This document shows positions 44,397 to 54,000 of a stretch of DNA of 57,278 bases, in pieces. Position numbers and translations under genes: made by a program. Source of the DNA: Candidatus Aenigmatarchaeota archaeon (GTDB lineage: Archaea > Aenigmatarchaeota > Aenigmatarchaeia > PWEA01). Where the stretch lies: assembly GCA_003554845.1 (NCBI GenBank), contig PWHK01000017.1, positions 77,242 to 134,519 on the forward strand, read 5' to 3'. A model generated the notes under the pieces. The model did not search any database and had not been told where the DNA came from. It saw nothing but the letters and a program-made list of their open reading frames with translations. The number at the start of each line of letters is the position of its first letter. The first letter of the stretch is position 1.

Positions 44397-44800
44397 ATGT
44401 CAAGTTTGTAATATTTTTTCTTCCCACTTTTTTTGGCCTTGAGGATCCCCTCTTTCCTCATCTCATTTAGGTATTCGGAACTGCGCGTTCTTGAAAGATC
44501 TATCATGTCCGAGAGCTCGGTCGTCGTTACCTCACCCTCGTTTTTGAGAATGTAGATTATCTCCTTTTTCTTCTTCAGCTTCGTGTGGCTGCTGTTCCCG
44601 TTTGATATATTTTCCCTTATTTCGTCTATCTTCTCTGTAAGTTCGCTTAGCTGTGATTCTATCTGTGCTATTTCGCTCTTTCTATCCTTTCTGTTTACGG
44701 GTTTTCTGATCTGGTCCTTTATCTTCAGAAGATCCTTGTTTAACTTGATATTATCCTTTGACCCCTTCATACTACCCGGTCTTAAATTGTCGATCGACAT
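44393..44800 (-). CDS. coiled-coil plus C-terminal winged-helix DNA-binding protein (ParA partner candidate)
   Basis: 135 aa. The basic/coiled N-terminal half is followed by IIYILKNEGEVTTTELSDMIDLSRTRSSEYLNEMRKEGILKAKKSGKKKYYKL (HTH plus wing). There is a 4-nt overlap with the ParA/MinD gene. Confidence 0.55.
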   Translation of the reverse strand: MSIDNLRPGSMKGSKDNIKLNKDLLKIKDQIRKPVNRKDRKSEIAQIESQLSELTEKIDEIRENISNGNSSHTKLKKKKEIIYILKNEGEVTTTELSDMIDLSRTRSSEYLNEMRKEGILKAKKSGKKKYYKLDI

Positions 44801-44948
44801 ATAAAAACATTACATTTCAGACCCCTGTTGTGTATTTTTTTTGGATTTTTGGAGAAAAATCGATCGATATTTTTCATCATCGACAGTTTTTTTCACAAAA
44901 TCCATTTCTGTCGACCGACACCTATATAAAGGATATAATCATCGACAG
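44788..44948. promoter_or_regulatory. cluster of five TCGA-core palindromic or half-palindromic sites in the divergent intergenic region
   Basis: TGTCGATCGACA (44788-44799, perfect 12-bp palindrome overlapping the wHTH start codon). ATCGATCGAT (44859-44868, perfect palindrome). ATCATCGACAG (44876-44886). TGTCGACCGACA (44909-44920, one mismatch from site 1). ATCATCGACAG (44938-44948, identical to site 3). Confidence 0.6.
44923..44930 (+). promoter_or_regulatory. TATA-box-like element upstream of the giant ORF
   Basis: TATATAAA lies immediately after palindrome 4. GGAGG at 44969-44973 follows, 9 nt before an in-frame TTG (44983). The first in-frame ATG is at 45049. Confidence 0.4.
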
Positions 44949-45048
44949 ATAAACTATTACTATATTCTGGAGGAACACCCCCTTGAAGTCAAACACCAAA
45001 GATTTAGATAACAAAGTAAATCGTAGAGCTACCAGATCCCGTAAGAAG

Positions 45049-48000
45049 ATGGGTGAATGGTTCAGCAGTACCAGGGTAAAATCCAGAACGTCCAAGTCCG
45101 TCGTTTTCTACCTTTCCCTCCTTGTCCTTGTTTTTTTCGTAGGCCTTTTCTTTGCACATCAGACAGGGATAACGGGGTTGATCATAGGTGAGGAGGATGT
45201 GGTTACAATGGAGTATACCTATAAGGATATTCCGGGTGAAATGGGCCCAGGGAGCGAATACACTGCGGATATTGTACTCGATGAGGAAAAACATAGTCCT
45301 ACCTCTGGAAGGATTCGTCTGAATTTATCAAAGTCAGGCGACGAGGATTTGAGATTAGTTGCAGTTGATTCTACAGGAAATAGGGTATGTGAACTCGAGC
45401 CGACCGACGAGGCCGATGAGTTTGTATGTTCCCTGGATAGGGAGCATCTTCAGGAAGTAGAAGGGAGGAATCTCAGTCTTAATCTCAGGGTTGTTTCCAG
45501 GGGGGATATAGTTAGAACACCTACGGGGATGGTAATAGCACAGAATGAAACCAGTCCAGAAGAGGAACTACAGGAGAAAGATGATCAACTAACCGAAGAA
45601 CAAACAGAAGAAGCGGAGGAGAAATCAGATGAAGATGAACCAATCGAGGAAAATATAACCGAAGAAACAGACAAAGAAACAGACGAAGAAACAGACGAAG
45701 AAACAGCAGAGGAATACGAAGAAAATGTAGAGGAGAAAGAAGAGGAACAAGAAGAAGAACTAGATGAAGAAGAAGCGAAGAAGGAAGATGAATCAACAGA
45801 GGAACCAGTAAAAGAGGAGGAAGATGTCTCCGATGAAACGGAGTCTGTTAATGATACGTATCCAGATGACGAAGAGAATATAACAGAAGATGAAATACCC
45901 GAAAACATCACAGAAAACGTAACCTACGAAAAACCTGTGGAAGAAAACATCACAGAAAACGTAACCTACGAAAACATCACAGAAGAGAACATAACCGAGG
46001 ATGAAATACCCGAAAACATCACCGAGGAAAATATCACAGAAAACGTAACCTACGAAAAACCTGTGGAAGAAAACATAACAGACAATGAAACAGAAGACGA
46101 ATACACCGAGCCCGTGGGATCATTTATTCTTGTTCATGGTATGGTTCTCGAAGTGGACTACGAGTACGTTTCCGACGACGTATCCGTAGAGATGGATGCT
46201 TCTGATTATGCAGGCAGTCCGGGTGATCATATTGATTTTCAGGTGGAGATAACCAAGACTCCTGGTCTTGTAGATAAAGTGAATCTTACCGTTTTTGATG
46301 AACAGAGGGAGATGGATAGGATCAACAGAAGACAATACATCTATTCCTGGAAGATTCCCGATGTAGATGGATCTGTCCGTGTTGATGCAACTGCCTACAG
46401 TTGTAGAGATAGATGTGAGGTTGTAGGAGAGGACAGCCTGGAAATTTCATTGGAAGATGCAAGAGAAACTGTTCTTTCCATGGATTCCGATGGTAGGGTG
46501 GTCAGAGGATCCAATGTAACTGCAGAGGGTCTCTTGGAGTACACAGACGGAACAGGTGTATCCGGTGAACCCATCGAAGTGTATGTTAATGATGAACTCA
46601 TAGGGGAAAAAACCACAGATAGCGATGGTCATGTATATGTGGACTACAGTACATCCGATCTTGATCCAGGAAAACATTCGATCGGTTTTGTATACTCAGG
46701 TTCCGAAAAAGCGAGCGAATCTTCCTCCTATTCAGAATTTGAGGTCTTTGTGCCAGGGGAGGTTTCCATGGATCTGGAAGTTAGAGATGTGGAGATGGGC
46801 GAAACAATGACAGCAGTAGCCTCTTTAACCCATGGCGACGAACTGATCATGAGAGAAGATGTCGAATTCTTGATAAACGGCGAAACCGTGGAAACATTTA
46901 TCCCGGCATGCGAAGGATTGGTTGCATACCACAACACTTCTGATATGACTACAGAGGAACACAAAGTAACAGCGAGGTTTCCTGGAACAGATACTCTCGA
47001 AGCAGTGTCTGCGACAGAAACCGTGGAGGTACTTCCCAGAACAGTCCAGGGGAGGGCCATCGTCGGTAAACCTATACAGTGGAAAAAGGAAGTTGTGAGA
47101 AAGAACCATGATGAAACGGAGACGGATTTTGATATATCTATTCCTCTTCCCGAAGGAATTGAAAATGTTGAGGCAAGGGAACTGCACCCTACAATGAGGG
47201 ATGTTGATGATTTTGAACTCTTAGAAAATAAAGCCACGATATATTCCAGAATACCCCCGGGTCAGATGAAGAAATACGGTATATTATTTGAGACGAAACC
47301 ACCGGAAAAGATCGAAGAAGATATAGAAAACGGCAAGAGGGTAACGGTCAGATCGGATGCACCTCTTTCCTACAGCGACGTATATACGAACACGACAATA
47401 CCCGAGACGGATCAGAAGCCTACCCTATACAGACTTGTTAACGACACCCGGGTTGATGTTACAGACGATCCAGAATACGATGTAAACTACCTTGACACAA
47501 CGGACACGGGGAACTACGATATCATAGAATGGAACGTCCCAAGCCTCTCTGAAGAGGTCTTCGAAGTAAGTATAACGGTGCTCAATGTACAGAGTTACCC
47601 GGTGGTTGGAGGCAACTGGACGGTTGAGTTCAATACAACAGGCAAAGCAGATCTCAACATAACGGCAGTCAACACAACGTGGGATAATGAAACCGAGAAC
47701 CACGACCTCAAGTTCATCGAGCTTGAGTGTGGCGAAGAATACGTTGACCACGAGTGGCTGAACTACGGTGATGGCAGGGGTTCGGTGTATGTAGAAAACT
47801 ACTCGTGTAATGAAACAGGATACGAGACATCTAGCGTGCATACAACCGGTGAGCACCATCTCAAATTCGAGTTCGGAAACGACACGGCATATGCACACAA
47901 CGATGCCAGTCTTACTTCATATGGCTCACTCAGTTGTGAGGCAGAAGGAGACCCTTTGTGTCGAGGGCCTTATCCGTGTAGCGATAGTGAATGCTGGATA

Positions 48001-51000
48001 GATGATTCGGATTGTGACTACAGTTGTCCGAATGTAGATAATGCCCATTTGGAAGGTGAATCGTGTTCCGTTTCGGCGTCAGGGGATTGTTATTGTGATG
48101 AACAAATTGGGGATTGTATATGGAGTGAAATTGGAGAATGTGAAGTATCGGGTAGTTGTACGTACGTATGTGAGGATGGATACTATTGGGAAGGAGGTGA
48201 GTGCCACCGGAAACCACCAGACTACATAGAAATAGAACCCGAGACAGCCACGATAACTGCAGGTGGCACACAGAGCTACACTGCAACAGCATACTGTGAG
48301 GACGATATAGAACTAGGAGACGTTACAGGAGACACAAGCTGGTATGTAGTAGAGTCGAAAGCAGGTGGAAGCTGGGATGGTAACACTTACACATCGGAGA
48401 ATGGAGGTAGCTGGACTGTGGCGGGTCATTATGAAGAGGCGGAAAATCCAGAAAATGTATCCACACTCAATGTCATAAATCCAGAAATACATGACTGGCA
48501 CGAATTGGATGCTATAAGGTACAGTTTGGACGGCGACTACACCTTGATGAACGACCTGGACGAGAACACGGATGGATACGAGAAGTATATAGATAATATA
48601 TATGATGATTTTGAGGGGCAGTCGGATGGATCAGATCCTGATGGATGGGTGCTTGAGAATGTAGAGGAAGACATCGAGATAGACACAAGTATTTCTCAAG
48701 TAGGTGACGGAAGTCTGCTCATAAAAGACCAACCCAACGACGGAGATGTGCCAGAAGCATATCTACCGTTTGACTCCAAAGAAAGTCCTGGCGAAGTATC
48801 TTTTTGGTATAGAAGAAGGGCCTGGCAAGGACAGGACTCATCTGACTACCATCAGCATAGATTCCAGCTTGACGACGGCACTACAATTTTCGGCATGACC
48901 ATATATGGCTATGATGAAGAAGACCCGTTGGGTTTTTCACCCAGTGGAGGAGATGAAAAACAGTTCGGTACGTTTGAAGAGTGGTATAAAATCAGGTTTC
49001 AAAATATAGATTGGTCCGAGCACACATACGATGCCGAGGTACGCAATGTAGACGGTAACCAATTGGCTTCCTGGATCAATTTAGATTTCGGGGAGGATTA
49101 CGGTTATATAGAAAGATTCAATATTCGCTATAAATCCTGGTCTACCGAAGGAGCCAACATTGATTATATTTCCCAAGATGGTGGCTGGGACCCGATAGGT
49201 GACGGAAGCAGTTCGTTTACAGGGAACTTCTACGGTGATGGCAAAGAAATCAGTGATCTTTATATAGATAAGCAAGACAGTTACGTGGGACTTTTCGGAT
49301 ATGTTCAAGGAACAATTGAAGACATACATCTCAGGGATGTAAATGTCAGAGGAGAGACTAACACTGGAGGATTGGTTGGTAGATTGGACGGAACGATTAA
49401 AGATTCTTCCACATCCGGTGAGGTGGGTTTAAATTCGGGCGAAAGAGTTGGTGGTTTAGTGGGATACACAGTTTCTGGTTCTTTGATTGAGGAAAGTTAC
49501 TCCGAGGCGAATGTACTTCTTCTCGAAGACACAACAAGTTGGAACAGATTAGGAGGATTAGTAGGAAGGGGCCATGGAACTATCGAAAGAAGTTATGCTA
49601 CGGGAGATGTTATTGATACTACTGGAGATGGAAGACAGATAGGTGGACTTGTGGGAAGGTATGCTGATGAAACAATAAAAGATTCATTTGCTACAGGAGA
49701 AGTAGTAGTAAACGGCGAAAGAGGGGGTTCTCTGGTTGGTGATCTACAGGGAGGATATATTGAAAAATCCTATGGTACAGGTTCGGTAACAGGAGATGGA
49801 AATAATCTAGGAGGTTTGGTAGGAATTGATAGCGGGGGAGATGGTGTTATTGACTCATACTGGAATGTTGAGACTTCTGGTCAATCAACGAGTGACGTTG
49901 GAGAAGGCAGAACAACGGAAGAGATGACGTGGGAGTATGGTAGCAACACATACGATGGATGGGATTTTGGAAATATATGGCAAGACGGAGACCATGCAAC
50001 TGTGATCGATCATGAAGGTAACTGGGGCTATCCTGCTTTGGATTTCCAGGACTGGGTTGAGCCCCTTTCCTCGACTATAACTCCGGATGGTGTAGACTGG
50101 CAGAACACAGATCAAGGGTATCAAATAGACTGTGATGATGGTGATCTTGGTTGTGACACAACTTACTGGGAAATTGTAGATTCGGGATCAAGTTGTCCTT
50201 CACAGGGTAACTTTGCGAACTCCGGCTCACCAACTGTATCAGATACCGTAACCTGTCCAGACGGTGAAACCTGTACGAAGGATGTATGTTACTATTCAGA
50301 AGATGTTGAGGGAAACGTCGAAAATATACAGAGAAGTGATACCTTTAATATAGATAAAGTTGATCCCACGACGGATGTAAACATATCAGAGAGATCCTGG
50401 GATAACACAGATGTTTCGGTTGAAATAACAGCTACCGATGACGGAAGTGGTGTAGTTGTAACTTCCTACTGTTGGACCGAAGGGACAACTTGTACACCCG
50501 GTACAACGTCGTCAGGTAGTTCTGTAGATACAACACAGACACAGACAGGTGAATGGACCCTTTGTCACCGTGCAGAAGATGATGCCGGTAACATCGGGGA
50601 TACACAGTGCGATGGGCTTTATAGGATAGATAAGGAAGATCCAACGACTTCTATAGACTCTCCTGCTTCGGGATCCTGGCAGAATGATGATTTTGACGTG
50701 AGTTTTTCGGACTCGGACGATGTTTCAGGTTTGGACGTCTGTGAGTACAGAGTTTTAGACGATGGTACAGTGGCATTGGGCTGGACGTCGAGGGCCTGCG
50801 GTGGATCAGAGACGATTGATGTACCGGGTGACTGTGGTACAGAAGGTTCCAATATATGTACAGTTGAATCACGTGCTACGGACAATGCAGGTAATGTAGA
50901 CCAGGATTCCAGAAGTTTCAGTATAGACTACACGGACCCGGACAGCTCTGCAAGTCCGACATCAAGATCTTGCGATAACACCTCTGTATCAGTTGATATA

Positions 51001-54000
51001 ACTGCTTCAGATTCCCACAGTGGTGTTGATGGTATAGAACACTGCTGGACCACAGGCTCAAGTTGTACACCCGATATTTTTTCCTCGGGAAGTTCCAATA
51101 CTGTTACACAAAGTTCTACAGGGGAGTGGAACCTTGAGTACAGGGCCATAGATAACGCTGGTAATATTGAATCACCTAACCAGGATGGCCCCTATATAGT
51201 CGATAAGGAGGATCCTTCTCTAAGTCAGGTACAGACGGATCCGGGGTCGCCTGCTACATATGAACCTGGCAAGGAGTACCAGTTCAATGCTACGTGGATC
51301 AATCCGGCAGACGTTCCGTGTGGTATCGAGGAAGTTGAGTTCGAGATAGATGGGGTCACGTACAGTTATCAGTCAAATGAAATTTCAAGTTCAGGCGACG
51401 AATACTTTGTATCTGTTTCCGACCTTGATCAGGGAACCTACAACTACGAATGGTCTGCGTGGGACGAAGCAGGTAACTCCTATTCTGATACATTTACGTA
51501 CGAGATCGACGAGGCGGATCCTTCCGATGATCTGTACGTTGCAATAGACGGAACTGAAGACCCCGGAGGTACTGTTTCCGTGGTCGAAGGAACATCTGTT
51601 GATGTCGATGGTTGGTCGGAGCTGGAAGACAACCAGCTCAGTTTTGAACTACGAAGAGATGGAACTCAGGTTGCTACCGGTGATCCGGCAAACCACACAG
51701 AGGACACATCAAGCCTTGGTCCAGGTTACTACGACTATAAGTATTATGCATTCAATGGAGAGAACTACCAGAACGGTGAATCTTACACCATGACCCTGGA
51801 AGTATTCGAGGAGTGCAATGTTGATCTTGAGTTGAACGATCACCAGGGAGATATATCGATTACATACGGAGACGATGTTTATTCTGAAGCAAATATAACT
51901 GTTGATCAAAGCCCGGATTGGAGTATATACAGGGACAGGGGAACAGGCGACGAGGAGGTTCTCGTGACAGGTTCCACAACAGAGACCCTTCAGCATACTA
52001 CCTCAGGCGGAGAACTGGCTGCAGGACAAGATTATATATACGAAGCATATTGGGATGGAAACGAATACTACGATCCATGCGGAGAATCGCATACTGTAAC
52101 CGTTAACAAGGAATCATCGGATGTTGATCTTACAATAAGTCAAAATCCTGTTACTGCAGGCGACCAGGTAACAGTTTCCTGTGATATAGTAGATGGTGAC
52201 GACAGTGCATGGATAACCATAGAAGAGAACGATTCTGTGGTTACAGAAGGAGAAGGAGATCAACAGTATCAGGTTACACATACTGTTTCCGATGACTACA
52301 AGTACGACTGTTACTACGATGAATCAGAAAACTACACATCATCCAGCGACGAGGAAAACTATCTTACGGTAGAACCCGGTGATCCTGATTACATAGAAAT
52401 AGAACCACAGTCTTCGACTATAATTTCCGGTAATTCGGAGACCTATACATCAGAGTCGTATGACGAGTATGGTAACTATATAGACGACGTGACTTCCAGT
52501 ACCTCCTGGTCAATAGAGTCAGGGGCGGGAGGGAGCTGGGATGGTAATACATATACCTCACAGAACGCAGGGACGTGGACTGTGACCGGTCATTACGACC
52601 AGGCAGTTAATCCGGAAGACACTGCAACACTTAATGTAGATCCAAAGCCGGAGATATACGACTGGCACGACCTCAACAATATAAGAGAAGATCTGAGCGG
52701 GAACTACGTACTGATGAACGACCTCGACGAGAACACCGATGGTTACAGTGACTACAACACAGGGGATGGTTGGACTGCCATAGGAAGTGCTTACGATATT
52801 TTTACAGGAAGCCTCGATGGACAAGGAAATGTTATAGAGAATTTATATACAGATTCAAGTGATTCGGTTGTGGGTTTATTTGGAGCAACTTCTTCAGGAG
52901 CAGTAGTTAAAGACATAGGTTTAGAGAACATAAGTTTCACAACAGACTACTTCAATATATATGATGATTCTGGAGCAGGTGGACTGGTAGCTTTATCGGG
53001 AGATGCTACAATTGAAAACTGTTACGTTACAGGAGAGGTTACAGGTATACATCAGGTTGGAGGTATTCTTGGAGGAGGTCAAGGCCATACAGTAAAAAAC
53101 TGCTATGCAGGCACAAACGTATCGGGAGATGAACATGTTGGTGGGGCCATCGGTTATCATGATGGTATCCTGGAGGATTCCTATTCGACAGGAAGGATAA
53201 GCTCAGTGGAATCTTCTGCAGGTGGTTTAGTTGGATCAAGTCCACTGGGAAGTGGTATTTATAACTCATACGCGAACACCGAAATCAGCGTAGAAGATAC
53301 CAGTCGAGGGGGTGAAGGCAGAACTACAGAAGAAATGACATGGAACTACAGCACGAACACTTACGAAAACTGGGACTTTGATAACACATGGCAGGACGGG
53401 GCACATGCAATTGTAGAGGATTATGAGGGAAATGTCGGTTATCCTGCACTAGAGTGGCAGGATCATGTTGATGCACATACTCTGACAATAAATATAAACG
53501 GACATGGTAGCACGGATCCATCAGAAGGAGTTCACACGTACAAAGTCAATGAAGACGTCACAGTAGAGGCAATACCAAACCAGGGATGGGAGTTCGACGA
53601 GTGGACAGGTGACGAAACAGGAACACAGCAACAGATAACAGTAACTATGGATTCTGACAAGACGATAACTGCAAACTTTGAAGTTCCTTCAGAAATAACG
53701 AACTGGCATGAATTAGATGCTATAAGGCACAGTTTGGACGGCGACTACACCTTGATGAACGACCTCGACGAGAACACCGATGGTTACAGCGACTACAACA
53801 CAGGTGATGGTTGGGAGCCGATAAACGGGTTCGAGGGTACCTTGGATGGACAAAACAATATGATTAAGGATCTATACATAAGTAGATCCGAAGATATTGT
53901 AGGACTGTTCGGTGAAATTCCAGAAGAAGCAAGCACTGAAATTGAAAATTTACAGCTAATTGACGTTGATGTGAGCAATGATGGTGATTACACAGGAGCA

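Noticed and set aside
45521-45911. Minus-strand ORFs 45521-45796 and 45585-45911 with L/S-rich translations, and the many 60-160-aa minus-strand ORFs through 46-57 kb
   Set aside because: They are the antisense image of the acidic repeat region and of the giant + strand ORF, which is uninterrupted for 12.2 kb and full of recognisable domains.
45871-46085. Direct DNA repeats that could superficially resemble a short repeat-spacer array
   Set aside because: The repeats are in-frame coding units (ENITENVTY...) of the giant ORF, are imperfect, and lack CRISPR-like constant repeat/variable spacer periodicity. No cas genes are present.
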